A stretch of 63,911 nt of DNA, filler included, from a bacterium (GCA_026985515.1; 6 parts of 6 records of this genome joined end to end with filler, not necessarily neighbours in it), one strand, 5' to 3'. Counted from the first letter of the whole stretch, positions 49,510-59,685 are shown. The notes: a model not told the origin generated them from the letters alone. Made by a program: numbers and translations.

Positions 49510-50376
49510 ATGTCCAAAATAATAGATGGAAAAGTCATAAGCTCCAGATTGAGAGAAGAAATAGCAAGGGAAGTTGAACAACTGAAAAAAGCTGTTGGGA
49601 GACCCCCAGGGTTGAGCGTTATTCTGGTGGGGGAGGATCCAGCATCTCAGATCTATGTCAGGAATAAGGAAAAAACTGCGAAGGAACTGGGATTCAAAAG
49701 CGAGGTTATAAGATTTCCAGATACCATTTCTGAGAATGATCTTCTGAGAAAGATTGAAGAGTTGAATAATGATCAAAGTGTTGATGGCATTCTTGTTCAG
49801 CTTCCCCTTCCAGAACATATTGATGAATTCAAAGTAACATTAACAATTGCACCGGAAAAGGATGTTGATGGCTTTCACCCTGTAAACATGGGCAGATTGC
49901 TGATAGGCAAACCATATCTTGTTCCCTGTACCCCTCTCGGAATCATAAAAATGCTGGACTATGAAGGAATAGAGATTGAAGGGAAAAAGGCAGTAATAAT
50001 TGGAAGAAGCAATATTGTAGGAAAACCAGTGGCAATTCTTCTGCTCCAGAGAAATGCCACAGTAACGATCTGCCATTCAAGAACGAGGAATCTACCTGAC
50101 ATTGTCAGGGAAGCAGATATACTGGTAGCTGCCGTGGGAAAGGCAAAATTCGTTAAAGGCGACTGGATCAAAGAGGGTGCAGTGGTAATAGATGTGGGAA
50201 TCAACAGAGACGAAAACGGCAAGCTTGTTGGGGATGTGGATTTTGAAGAAGCGCAGAAGAAAGCATCCCACATAACCCCTGTCCCTGGCGGAGTTGGACC
50301 AATGACAATAACCATGCTGATGTATAATACACTTCAGGCATTTAAAAAACATGTAGGAATGGAAGGTGAACAATGA
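49510..50376 (+). CDS. folD: Bifunctional methylene-THF dehydrogenase/cyclohydrolase
   Basis: [51 protein letters not shown]. Confidence 0.97.
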   Translation: MSKIIDGKVISSRLREEIAREVEQLKKAVGRPPGLSVILVGEDPASQIYVRNKEKTAKELGFKSEVIRFPDTISENDLLRKIEELNNDQSVDGILVQLPLPEHIDEFKVTLTIAPEKDVDGFHPVNMGRLLIGKPYLVPCTPLGIIKMLDYEGIEIEGKKAVIIGRSNIVGKPVAILLLQRNATVTICHSRTRNLPDIVREADILVAAVGKAKFVKGDWIKEGAVVIDVGINRDENGKLVGDVDFEEAQKKASHITPVPGGVGPMTITMLMYNTLQAFKKHVGMEGEQ

Positions 50377-51464
50377 TGGAATTAAAAAAGACCCCTCTTT
50401 ATAAGGACCACCTCTCACTTGGTGCAAGAATGGTTGAATTTGCGGGCTTTTCCATGCCTGTTCAGTATGTGGGGGTGGTAAAAGAACATTTAAACACAAG
50501 GGAACACGTATCCATTTTTGATGTAAGCCACATGGGAGAAATTATAGTTGAGGGGGTAAACTCAGCACAGTTTCTTCAGAAAATGACAAGTAATGACATA
50601 GGCAAACTCTACGATGGCAGAGCTCAATACTCAATCCTTATGAATGAAAAGGGTGGAGCAGTTGACGATATAGTAATCTACAGGTTTGAAGCAGAAAAGT
50701 ACTTCATATGTGTAAATGCTGCCAATCGAGAAAAAGATTACAACTGGTTAGTTGACCACAAAATAGAGGGAGTTTCAATAACAAATGCCTCTGATGATTA
50801 TGCACAGATTGCGGCTCAGGGTCCAGAAAGTATATCCTTGTTAGAAGAACTTACCGGGATAAGACTTTCAGATGTAAAATTTTACCACTTCATTACCGGC
50901 AAATTCCCGGGGGACATAGATACTATCTACTCCCGAACAGGATATACAGGAGAACCTGGATTTGAACTCTATATTCCTCCAGAAAAGGCAAGTTATGTGT
51001 GGAACACGCTTCTCGAAGAAGGGAAAAAATACAATATAATGCCTGCAGGACTCGGAGCAAGGGATACTTTAAGACTTGAAATGGGTTATCCGCTCTATGG
51101 TCATGAACTCAAAGAAGACATTTCTCCACTGGAGGCTGGTCTGGAGAGATTCGTTAAACTTGAGAAGGGGGAATTTTTAGGTAGAGAGGTCCTTATAGAA
51201 CAGAAAGAGAAAGGATTGAAGAAAAAGCTATATCCCATTCTGATGGAAAAAGGAATAGCCAGAGAGGGTTATGATATACTTGTAAATTCTGAGAAAAAGG
51301 GTTATATTACCAGTGGAACGATGTCACCCGTATTGAAAAAAGGAATTGCACTTGGATTCATAGAGGATACGGGTTTGAAAAAAAATGATCAGGTTGATAT
51401 TATTATCAGAAACAAACCATTTTCAGGACGGATCTGGGAATTGCCTTTTATAAAAAAACATTAA
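50373..51464 (+). CDS. gcvT: Glycine cleavage aminomethyltransferase T
   Basis: [39 protein letters not shown]. Confidence 0.96.
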   Translation: MMELKKTPLYKDHLSLGARMVEFAGFSMPVQYVGVVKEHLNTREHVSIFDVSHMGEIIVEGVNSAQFLQKMTSNDIGKLYDGRAQYSILMNEKGGAVDDIVIYRFEAEKYFICVNAANREKDYNWLVDHKIEGVSITNASDDYAQIAAQGPESISLLEELTGIRLSDVKFYHFITGKFPGDIDTIYSRTGYTGEPGFELYIPPEKASYVWNTLLEEGKKYNIMPAGLGARDTLRLEMGYPLYGHELKEDISPLEAGLERFVKLEKGEFLGREVLIEQKEKGLKKKLYPILMEKGIAREGYDILVNSEKKGYITSGTMSPVLKKGIALGFIEDTGLKKNDQVDIIIRNKPFSGRIWELPFIKKH

Positions 51465-51481
51465 ACAAAGGAGAAAGGAAC

Positions 51482-51916
51482 ATGAAGATCAGGATTCCCC
51501 AGGGAGATGATATCAGGTATACAGAAACCCATGAGTGGGCCAGGAAGGAGAGCGACACTCTCATCTCCATCGGGATTACAGAGTACGCTGTTAAAGAGCT
51601 CGGAGACATAGTCTATATCGAACTCCCGGATGTTGAAACATCAATAGAGGCAAAAGAAGCCTTTGGCACAATTGAATCTGTAAAAGCTGTTTCTGATCTC
51701 ATTTCTCCTGTTACCGGTACAATAGTACAGGTGAACGAATCCATTGCAGAAGCTCCTGAAGAACTTGCGGATGATCCATACGAAGAAGGATGGCTCATCA
51801 AAGTGGAAGTGGAGGATCCTTCAGAATTTGAAGACCTTATGACTGCAGAAGAATACATAGAGTATCTCAACGAAGAATCTTCCGAACCAATAGAAGTGGA
51901 GGAAGAGGAAGAGTAA
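51482..51916 (+). CDS. gcvH: Glycine cleavage H protein
   Basis: THEW, GIT.YA..LGDIVY.ELP, ESVKAVSD (lipoyl Lys), DPY..GW. Confidence 0.95.
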   Translation: MKIRIPQGDDIRYTETHEWARKESDTLISIGITEYAVKELGDIVYIELPDVETSIEAKEAFGTIESVKAVSDLISPVTGTIVQVNESIAEAPEELADDPYEEGWLIKVEVEDPSEFEDLMTAEEYIEYLNEESSEPIEVEEEEE

Positions 51917-53244
51917 TGTTTATCCCCCACTCTCCAGACGATATTGAAAGTCTGCTTCAAGAAATAGGTTTAAAAAAAATAGAAGATCTGTTTGCACATA
52001 TTCCGCAAAAAGTAAGAAAAAATAGTGACATAAGAATTGAATCACTTGAAGATCAGGCACATCTTGAATCTCTCTTTTACTCCCTTGCAGAGAAAAACAA
52101 AATTCCTCCCCGGGAAAAGATCTTTCTTGGAGGTGGCTATTACAATCATTACATCCCTGCTCCCATCGATGAAATAATTTCCCGAACAGAATTCTACACA
52201 GCATACACACCTTATCAGCCAGAAATAAGTCAGGGAACATTGCAGGCACTCTTTGAATTTCAGACGCTCATTGCTGACCTCTTTGGAATGGAAGTGGCGA
52301 ATTCTTCCATGTATGATGGAGCCACTGCCCTTGCAGAGGCAATTTTAATGGCTAAAAGGATAAAAAGGAAAAACGGTGAAAATGTCCTTATACCTCAAAA
52401 TGTTCATCCCGAGTATATACAGACAGTAAAAACCTATGTCAGAAACAGCGGAATAAATATCATTGAAATTCCCTACACAAGTGATGGAAAAGTAAACCTG
52501 GATTTCATAGAAAAGTCAAAAGATATCTTCGCTGTTGTTGCTGGTTATCCCAATTTTTTTGGAATAATGGAAGATCTGGAAACCATCGGCAAACTCACCC
52601 ACGATAAAGACGCTCTACTGATCTCTGTGACAATGGAACCCCTTTCCCTCGCTCTTTTTGATCCTCCAGGATTTTACGATGTTGATATAGCTGTGGGAGA
52701 GGGACAGAGTTTTGGCATACCTCTATACTTTGGAGGACCCGGTCTTGGTCTTTTTACCACAAAAATGGAGTTTGTGAGACAGATGCCCGGAAGACTTGTT
52801 GGAGAAACGGTGGATAAAAATGGCAACAGAGGTTATGTCCTGACACTTGCCACAAGGGAACAGCACATCAGAAGAGAAAAGGCAACATCAAATATCTGCT
52901 CCAATCAGGGACTTAATGCACTTATAGCAACCATCTATCTATCTCTGCTGGGCAGAGATGGACTCGTTGAACTTGCCACAATTAACTATAAGCTTTCCCA
53001 TTATTTAAAGGATAGACTGATAGAAAAAGGAGTTAAAATACCCTTTGAAGGGGAATTTTTCAATGAATTTGTGGTGGAAATTGAAAGCAGCAAAATGGAA
53101 AAATTGAAACATAAAGGATTCAGGCCTGGAATAAGACTTGATAAATTCAAAACGGACTGGAAAAATCTCCATTTATTAACGGTCACAGAATTGAACAGTA
53201 AAGAATCGATTGAGCAACTAATAAAAGAACTGGTTCATATATGA
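51916..53244 (+). CDS. gcvPA: Glycine dehydrogenase subunit 1
   Basis: YTAYTPYQPEISQGTLQ, NSSMYDGA, TREQHIRREKATSNICSNQ. Confidence 0.96.
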   Translation: MFIPHSPDDIESLLQEIGLKKIEDLFAHIPQKVRKNSDIRIESLEDQAHLESLFYSLAEKNKIPPREKIFLGGGYYNHYIPAPIDEIISRTEFYTAYTPYQPEISQGTLQALFEFQTLIADLFGMEVANSSMYDGATALAEAILMAKRIKRKNGENVLIPQNVHPEYIQTVKTYVRNSGINIIEIPYTSDGKVNLDFIEKSKDIFAVVAGYPNFFGIMEDLETIGKLTHDKDALLISVTMEPLSLALFDPPGFYDVDIAVGEGQSFGIPLYFGGPGLGLFTTKMEFVRQMPGRLVGETVDKNGNRGYVLTLATREQHIRREKATSNICSNQGLNALIATIYLSLLGRDGLVELATINYKLSHYLKDRLIEKGVKIPFEGEFFNEFVVEIESSKMEKLKHKGFRPGIRLDKFKTDWKNLHLLTVTELNSKESIEQLIKELVHI

Positions 53245-54268
53245 AAAGGACAGGTCAGCACATAACATTCAGAGAAAAATTGTTGTTTGAACTGTCAAAA
53301 GATGGGAAAAGGGGGGTAAGATTTAAAGACCCTCTGCCTGATTACCCACTCCCGGAAAAAGTCAGAAAAGAATTTCGATCACTTCCTTCCCTTTCCGAGG
53401 TTGAAGTGGTCCGCCACTTTGTGAGGCTTTCCAGATTGAATTATGCTGTGGATTACGGTCTATATCCTCTTGGTTCATGCACAATGAAGTACAACCCCAA
53501 AGTCACAGAGAAAATTGCGAAGAATAGCAAATTTACAGATGCACATCCATATCTGGAAGAGGAAGATGTTCAGGGTATACTGGAAATAATGTACATGCTT
53601 CAGGAAGCCCTTGCGGAGATCTCTGGTTTACCGGGCGTTACCCTTCAACCTGCTGCAGGTGCACATGGAGAACTCACAGGCATGCTTATTATGAAAGCTT
53701 ATCATGAAGATAGAAAGACAGGAAAGGATACTGTCATTATTCCTGACACAGCTCATGGAACGAATCCCGCTTCAAGCAGAATGGCGGGATTCAGAGTTGT
53801 ATCAGTAAAGGTTGGAGATAAAGGTTATCTCACAGTTGATGATGTAAAAAAGATTCTGGATGACAGAATTGCAGGAATTATGATAACAAACCCGAATACT
53901 CTGGGAATCTTTGAAGAAGAACTTTACGACATATCAGAACTTCTGCATAAAAAAGGTGCACTTGTATATGGTGACGGAGCGAATATGAATGCCCTCATGG
54001 GGTATGTAAAACCTTCTGAACTGGGTATAGATATTCTTCACTTCAATCTGCACAAGACATTTTCAACCCCACATGGCGGGGGAGGGCCTGGAGCAGGTCC
54101 TGTGGCTGTAAGAGAATTTTTAAAAGATTATTTACCGGTTCCAGTAGTATCAAAAAATGGAAACAGATACTTTCTAAACTACCAAATACCCAGAACAATT
54201 GGAAAGGTAAAAGAATTTTACGGTCACACTGCAGTTATCATAAAAGCCCTTGCATACATTCTCCTGCT
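53241..54268 (+). CDS. gcvPB: Glycine dehydrogenase subunit 2 (truncated by contig end)
   Basis: PLGSCTMKYNP, QPAAGAHGE, AHGTNPAS, NLHKTFSTPHGGGGPG. Confidence 0.95.
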
Positions 54269-54368
54269 NNNNNNNNNNNNNNNNNNNNNNNNNNNNNNNN
54301 NNNNNNNNNNNNTTAATTAATTAANNNNNNNNNNNNNNNNNNNNNNNNNNNNNNNNNNNNNNNNNNNN
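54269..54368. other. Artificial contig linker
   Basis: N44-TTAATTAATTAA-N44. Confidence 0.98.
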
Positions 54369-54480
54369 TGTTATGTTTTGATGTGGCCGTGCCTTTCTTG
54401 GTGCGACCACGAATTTTATTATGGGAATTTTTCTGAGTAAACACCACCTTTTTCGGTAAGATTATTTTTGAGCTAAAGCG
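54369..54480 (-). mobile_element. IS left end, copy 2 (inverted)
   Basis: Reverse complement of CGCTTTAGCTCAAAAATAATCTTACCGAAAAAGG...GGCCACATCAAAACATAACA, matching copy 3. Confidence 0.82.
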
Positions 54481-54485
54481 AAAAC

Positions 54486-54514
54486 TTGACTTTTTTGGGT
54501 AAATTTGCTATTTT
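54486..54514 (+). promoter_or_regulatory. sigma70 promoter TTGACT-17-TATTTT (extended TGn) for the SBBP gene
   Basis: Hexamer spacing of 17 bp with TG at the extended -10 position. Confidence 0.55.
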
Positions 54515-54570
54515 TCACCCAGATTGTTGTTTATGGAAGAAGAGGGGTAACTGGAAAAGGGAGGGATAAC

Positions 54571-57500
54571 ATGAGAAATTTATCTGAAAAACCAAAGATT
54601 TTTAAGTGGTGTCTTTTGCTAATTTTTGTTTTCCTTCCTGTTGTCTTCCTTAGTAAAAATTTGGTGTACAAAAAACTTAACATTGCTGAGAAAGAAGTTT
54701 ATATTTTTCACAGACAGTCTGAAAATGCTGCTAAAAGAAATTTTGATCTAACATCGGGTAAGACTGCAGAGGTTATTAAGGGTCTGAGTATTCCATTTGT
54801 TGAAAATATTGGTCAGAAAGATATGAATGTTAAGTTTTACGCCGATCTTATTATAGGAACCCTCTTTGTGATGAGGGATGGAGAAATAGTGTATGCATTG
54901 AAGGGTAGAGGAGGAAGAATTGATGTAATCAGGGAGAAATTTAACTGGAACAATGTAAGGGTTGAAAGTGGTGAAAAATCTACCACAAGTATCAGTTATT
55001 TTGTTGGAAAGAAGAGATTTTCGAATATACCTGCTTACAGGTATGTAACAATAAAAGCTGCTGATGGAAAGACAGGTCTGAAATTAATAGCATATGGTGG
55101 AAAAGTAGAAAAAATGTTTGAAATAGAACCTGGTGTCAATCCTTCAGAGATTGTGGTTGAAGTGAAAGGTGCTGAACATATGAGTTTGATTAACGGCGAA
55201 TTATATTTGACAACAAAATTTGGTACCTATCGCTTTAGCAGACCTATATTTTTTCAAAATGCTGGTAATAAAAGGCTCACATACAGGGGGCAATATAGAA
55301 TAATAGATGAAACCCATTATGGTTTTGAAATAAAAAGTTATGACAGAAGCAGGCCACTTTATATTGATCCTGTAATGTATGGTACTTACATTGGTGGTGG
55401 CAGCAGGGATAATAACTGCGGAGGGTTTGGTAATGATGAAGTAAAGGCTGTTTATGTTAATTCAGATGGCGCAGTTTTTATCGCCGGCTTCACATGTGGA
55501 GATTTCCCAGTAACATCAGGAAGTTACGACACAACCTGTAACAAAAATGGTGATATCTTTATAGCAAAGTTCAGTCACGATTTAAACAAATTGCTTTCTG
55601 CCACCTACCTTGGAGGTAAGGGGAATGAGCATGTGACAGGGATTCAGTTTTCCAATGGAGCTCTCTACGTGGCAGGGTACACCTATTCAGCTGATTTCCC
55701 TATAGCTGGAGGTTATCAGTATTCAATTGGTAGTACAACGGCCACAGATGGATTTATTGCCAGGTTCAGTGAGGATCTGAGCACTCTTGAAGCGTCAACA
55801 TACCTTGGTGGTTCAGATGATGATGGAATTACTTCTTTATTTATAACTTCAGATGGAACAGTATTTGTTGGCGGATACACGGCTTCCGTGGATTTCCCCG
55901 GTGTGAATGGTTTTCAAAAGAGTGTAAAGGGGCATATGGAGGGTTTCGTCAGTAAACTGAATGAAAACTTTTCTGAAATTTTGTCTTCAACTTATCTTGG
56001 TGGAAGTGATTTTGACTGGGTAACATCTGTGTTTGCTGGTGGGACAGGGTATGTATATGTAGCAGGGTGGACTGACTCCTATGATTTTCCAGTTACAGAT
56101 GAAGCCTATCAGAAGGATAAGAGCTGGAGCACTGAGGGGTTTGTGAGTAAATTTGATGCCACTTTGAGTAATCTGATTGCTTCAACGTACATAGGTGGAG
56201 AAGAAGATGATGAAATCAAAGCTCTCTATGTAACCCCTGTAGGGAAGGTCTTTATTGCTGGGTGGACCTGGTCAGATGATTTCCCTGTTGTAGGAGGATT
56301 TCAGAATACCAGGAAGGGTTCTGCTGATGGTTTTGTATCAAGGTTCAGCGGTAATTTACACACTCTTGAAGCATCTACCTATCTTGGTGGTACCGATGAC
56401 GATGAGATAAGTACCGTTAAGGTTTCTGAGGATGGGAATATATATGTTGCTGGGAGAACAGAGTCATATGATTTTCCTGTAACTTCTGAAGCATTTCAGA
56501 AGATAAATAAAACCAGTGAGGATTACATTTATGAAGGGTTTATATCAAGGTTAAATTGGGATCTGAGTGATTTACTGTCGTCAACATATTTTGGCGGGAA
56601 AAATGACGATGAAGTTGAGGCCATTTTTATTACTTCAAATAGAGAGATTTATGTAGCAGGATGGACAGACTCCTATGATTTCCCCGTAACTCAGGAGGCT
56701 TTTCAGGATAGATTGAAGGGGATGTCAGATGGTTTTATCGGTAGATTTGATTACAAATTATGGAAACTTCTTGCCTCAACTTATATTGGAGGAGGAGGTT
56801 TTGAATTTATTACTTCAATTTACGTGAGTAAAAATGGAGATGTGTATGCAGGCGGAGATACTTTCTCGTACGATTTCCCTACAACATCCCAGGCTTATAG
56901 AAAAGAACTTTCAGGTACAATGGACGGATTTGTTGTGAGGTTATCAAATGATTTAAGCAACCTCAAAGCTGCTACATATATTGGTGGGAGTGAAGAAGAT
57001 GGTGTGAACAACGTTTTTGAATCAAATGGAAAAGTTTACATTGCAGGGGGTACAGACTCCGATGATTTTCCCGTGGTAAACGGGTTTCAGAATCATAGAG
57101 GTGGTGACGAGGATGGTTTTATTGTGTTGATGAGCGATGATTTGAGCAGGCTTGAAGCATCAACATATATTGGTGGAAGTGACGAGGATGATGTAAATTC
57201 TCTGTGGGTTACGGATGACGGTAAAGTTTTTATAGCAGGTTTTACATATTCTGACGATTATCCCACCACCAATGCTTTTCAGTCAAAAATCAATGGAGGA
57301 ACTGATGGGTTTATAAGCAGACTTGATTCTTCTCTGGGTAATCTTATTGCATCAACCTATCTCGGTGGAAGCGAAGATGATGAAATATATTCCATTTACG
57401 TCACTGGAAGTGTGATTTATGTGGGGGGAGGAACATTCTCAGATGATTTCCCTGTAAAGGGAGCTTTTCAGGGGAACAAAAAGTGTTGTGAAGATGGTTT

Positions 57501-58611
57501 CATCAGCAAGCTTGATACTGGCTTACAGGATCTTATCGCATCTACTTTTATTGGGGGAGACGATTTAGATGAAGTGGACTCCATCTATGTCACTTCCGGT
57601 GGTGATGTGTATGCAGGGGGATGGACATGGTCAGATGATTTCCCTCTTAGGGGATCCCCTTATCAGGATAGTATAAAGGAAGACGGAGATATATTTGTTA
57701 TCAGGATGAGTGGTGACCTTGTCAATCTTCTTGCATCAACATACTTTGGGGGAAATCAGGATGATTATGTAAACTCGGTCATTGTAAAAAATGACGGGGT
57801 GTATGTGGCAGGATACACAGGATCAGAAGATTTCCCCATTTCAGGAAGTTATCAGAGGAAGTTTGGTGGTGGCTGGTTGGACGGATTTGTAAGTAAAATG
57901 GATCCTGATCTTTCCCATCTTATTGCATCCACTTATTTTGGTGGTAGCGGGTTGGATGTAATTATTTCTTCCTACTCATCTGGGGAAGGTATATATATTG
58001 CGGGTTTTACAACCTCTCCTGATCTCAATATGTATGGATATGATGTTACATTTGGGGGTTGTTCAGATGGATTTATCGCTTTTCTATCATCAGATTATTT
58101 TGTTAATCATCCTCCTGTATTAAATTCCGTGGCTGCTGAGCCATCCAGCGGAAATGCTCCCTTAAATGTTGTTATTTCAGTGGATGCTTCTGATCCAGAT
58201 GGAGATCCTCTTAAGTATTATTATGATTGTAACGGAGATAACAACTATGAGGAAACTGACAGTGACAACAATACGTATCAGTGCACCTATTCAAATCCAG
58301 GCACATACTATGCACAGGTCAGGGTATCAGATGGGAAGGCTACAACTCAAAGTGAGAAAATAAAGATAGAAGTATACAGCAGCGGAGAAAGTGGTGAAGG
58401 TAATGAAGGTGGAGAAACAGGTGGAAATGAAGGTGAAGGGAGTTCAGGTGGAAGTAAGGGAACATCAGGTAAAGGATTATCTTCAGGTGGTGAGAAATCC
58501 TCTGGCTGTGGATGTCGTGTAGATGGGAGTGGTAACAACTGGGGAGATTTTATGGTGATGCTTCTTCTCCTTCCTGTGTGGATTGGAGTGAGGAGAAGGG
58601 GGAGAGTTTAA
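54571..58611 (+). CDS. Surface protein with SBBP beta-propeller repeats, PKD domain and MYXO-CTERM-like sorting signal
   Basis: N-terminal F.EN.GQ...V.FY / L.IDP domain; 14 (A)STY(L/I/F)GG...G.T.S.DFP repeats; NHPP...GNAPL.V PKD; G/E/S linker; SGCGC + TM + RRR. Confidence 0.88.
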   Translation: MRNLSEKPKIFKWCLLLIFVFLPVVFLSKNLVYKKLNIAEKEVYIFHRQSENAAKRNFDLTSGKTAEVIKGLSIPFVENIGQKDMNVKFYADLIIGTLFVMRDGEIVYALKGRGGRIDVIREKFNWNNVRVESGEKSTTSISYFVGKKRFSNIPAYRYVTIKAADGKTGLKLIAYGGKVEKMFEIEPGVNPSEIVVEVKGAEHMSLINGELYLTTKFGTYRFSRPIFFQNAGNKRLTYRGQYRIIDETHYGFEIKSYDRSRPLYIDPVMYGTYIGGGSRDNNCGGFGNDEVKAVYVNSDGAVFIAGFTCGDFPVTSGSYDTTCNKNGDIFIAKFSHDLNKLLSATYLGGKGNEHVTGIQFSNGALYVAGYTYSADFPIAGGYQYSIGSTTATDGFIARFSEDLSTLEASTYLGGSDDDGITSLFITSDGTVFVGGYTASVDFPGVNGFQKSVKGHMEGFVSKLNENFSEILSSTYLGGSDFDWVTSVFAGGTGYVYVAGWTDSYDFPVTDEAYQKDKSWSTEGFVSKFDATLSNLIASTYIGGEEDDEIKALYVTPVGKVFIAGWTWSDDFPVVGGFQNTRKGSADGFVSRFSGNLHTLEASTYLGGTDDDEISTVKVSEDGNIYVAGRTESYDFPVTSEAFQKINKTSEDYIYEGFISRLNWDLSDLLSSTYFGGKNDDEVEAIFITSNREIYVAGWTDSYDFPVTQEAFQDRLKGMSDGFIGRFDYKLWKLLASTYIGGGGFEFITSIYVSKNGDVYAGGDTFSYDFPTTSQAYRKELSGTMDGFVVRLSNDLSNLKAATYIGGSEEDGVNNVFESNGKVYIAGGTDSDDFPVVNGFQNHRGGDEDGFIVLMSDDLSRLEASTYIGGSDEDDVNSLWVTDDGKVFIAGFTYSDDYPTTNAFQSKINGGTDGFISRLDSSLGNLIASTYLGGSEDDEIYSIYVTGSVIYVGGGTFSDDFPVKGAFQGNKKCCEDGFISKLDTGLQDLIASTFIGGDDLDEVDSIYVTSGGDVYAGGWTWSDDFPLRGSPYQDSIKEDGDIFVIRMSGDLVNLLASTYFGGNQDDYVNSVIVKNDGVYVAGYTGSEDFPISGSYQRKFGGGWLDGFVSKMDPDLSHLIASTYFGGSGLDVIISSYSSGEGIYIAGFTTSPDLNMYGYDVTFGGCSDGFIAFLSSDYFVNHPPVLNSVAAEPSSGNAPLNVVISVDASDPDGDPLKYYYDCNGDNNYEETDSDNNTYQCTYSNPGTYYAQVRVSDGKATTQSEKIKIEVYSSGESGEGNEGGETGGNEGEGSSGGSKGTSGKGLSSGGEKSSGCGCRVDGSGNNWGDFMVMLLLLPVWIGVRRRGRV

Positions 58612-58736
58612 GGGATGTTTCTCAGGGTTATTCAGACCCGCTTCAGATGCTTGCCCGGTAGTGTAAACTTTTATTCGCAAAAAAGTTGCGGTAGGATTTT
58701 TTAATGAATAAAACTTGCGAGAAAGGAGGAAGGACG

Positions 58737-58880
58737 ATGAAAGGAATGTTAAATTTCAGGGAGACTCAAATTAACAAAAATTGGAGGCCAGATGTAACTC
58801 CGGCCCCCACCACCACACGTCCCCTCTTCACAGAGGAGACATTAGGCAAGGCATTTGAAGTATCTTACCACTATCTATGA
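58737..58880 (+). CDS. Possible 47-aa small ORF, antisense to the candidate sRNA
   Basis: AGGAGG 7 nt before ATG; MKGMLNFRETQINKNWRPDVTPAPTTTRPLFTEETLGKAFEVSYHYL*; no recognisable motif. Confidence 0.25.
   Translation: MKGMLNFRETQINKNWRPDVTPAPTTTRPLFTEETLGKAFEVSYHYL
58773..58870 (-). ncRNA. Candidate ~95-nt three-hairpin small RNA
   Basis: Promoter TTGATA-17-TATCAT; stems GGTAAG/CTTGCC, TGTCTCCTCT-GTGA-AGAGGGGACG, GGGGGCCGGA/TCTGGCCTCC then AATTTTTGTT; G.U pairs work only on the minus strand. Confidence 0.6.
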
Positions 58881-58905
58881 TACTCTTTTTGAGGACATTT
58901 ATCAA
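58877..58905 (-). promoter_or_regulatory. sigma70 promoter TTGATA-17-TATCAT
   Basis: 5/6 matches in both hexamers with 17-bp spacing. Confidence 0.6.
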
Positions 58906-58910
58906 GTTTT

Positions 58911-59112
58911 CGCTTTAGCTCAAAAATAATCTTACCGAAAAAGGTGGTGTTTACTCAGAAAAATTCCCATAATAAAATTCGTGGTCGCACCAAGAAAGGC
59001 ACGGCCACATCAAAACATAACAAGGAGAGTCATATGAATATTATCTTACCAACAAAAGGATATAATCACAACCAGAAGAGGACCATTGTTGCAATTAACT
59101 ATAAACTTTACA
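58911..59112 (+). mobile_element. IS left end, copy 3, with transposase start (ATG 59034), truncated by contig end
   Basis: Near-identical to 17740-17941; same N-terminal MNIILPTKGYNHNQKRTIVAINYKLY. Confidence 0.82.
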
Positions 59113-59212
59113 NNNNNNNNNNNNNNNNNNNNNNNNNNNNNNNNNNNNNNNNNNNNTTAATTAATTAANNNNNNNNNNNNNNNNNNNNNNNNNNNNNNNN
59201 NNNNNNNNNNNN
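59113..59212. other. Artificial contig linker
   Basis: N44-TTAATTAATTAA-N44. Confidence 0.98.
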
Positions 59213-59685
59213 GGGGTTATGGTGTGAACGGAGGGGAGAAAATTTCAATCTTTGTCAAGAAGAATAATGACTGGCGAAGATTAAAAATAGTGCATAAGAG
59301 GTGTTGTTCTACGATGATTATAACCAATAGTTTCTGGCCTATGGTATTCTCTTTGACTGATGAGTTTTATTTGTTTAACGAACTAAGTTACCTGCCATTT
59401 GGGCAGACTTTTCCTGTATCATCATCGGTATTGTGGCTAAAATATAAAAATGGCTACTATTGGGCTTACAGGGAAACAGATTGTGATATTTCATCAGATT
59501 ATTTTGAATCCTCTGAAGATCTTCCGGAACTTCCCATTGGAGCTATTGGAGGTCCAGATAGGAGTTTTCAATATCTTAAGATTAAAAATGAAGTGGTTAA
59601 GATTGAAGCTACGGATTATGGAAACTATAGTACTGCTTCAATATTGAACTATAATGTTTCTGAAAAACAATGTTTGGGTGAGTAA
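59213..59685 (+). CDS. Hypothetical protein, probably 5'-truncated
   Basis: 153-aa ORF at the contig start; no motif recognised. Confidence 0.5.

Noticed and set aside
55380-58090. Periodic ~190-bp nucleotide repeats that could mimic a CRISPR array or DGR
   Set aside because: They are degenerate in-frame SBBP protein repeats; there are no identical direct repeats with unique spacers and no cas or reverse transcriptase gene
58782-58815. tmRNA or tRNA fragment (TGGAGGC...CCCCCACCACCA)
   Set aside because: No T-loop GTTCGA/TCGAAC and no tmRNA 5' end; better explained as a terminator-like hairpin on the minus strand
18018-59212. Five recurring TTAATTAATTAA palindromes flanked by Ns
   Set aside because: Artificial contig linkers with stops in all frames; not biological repeats
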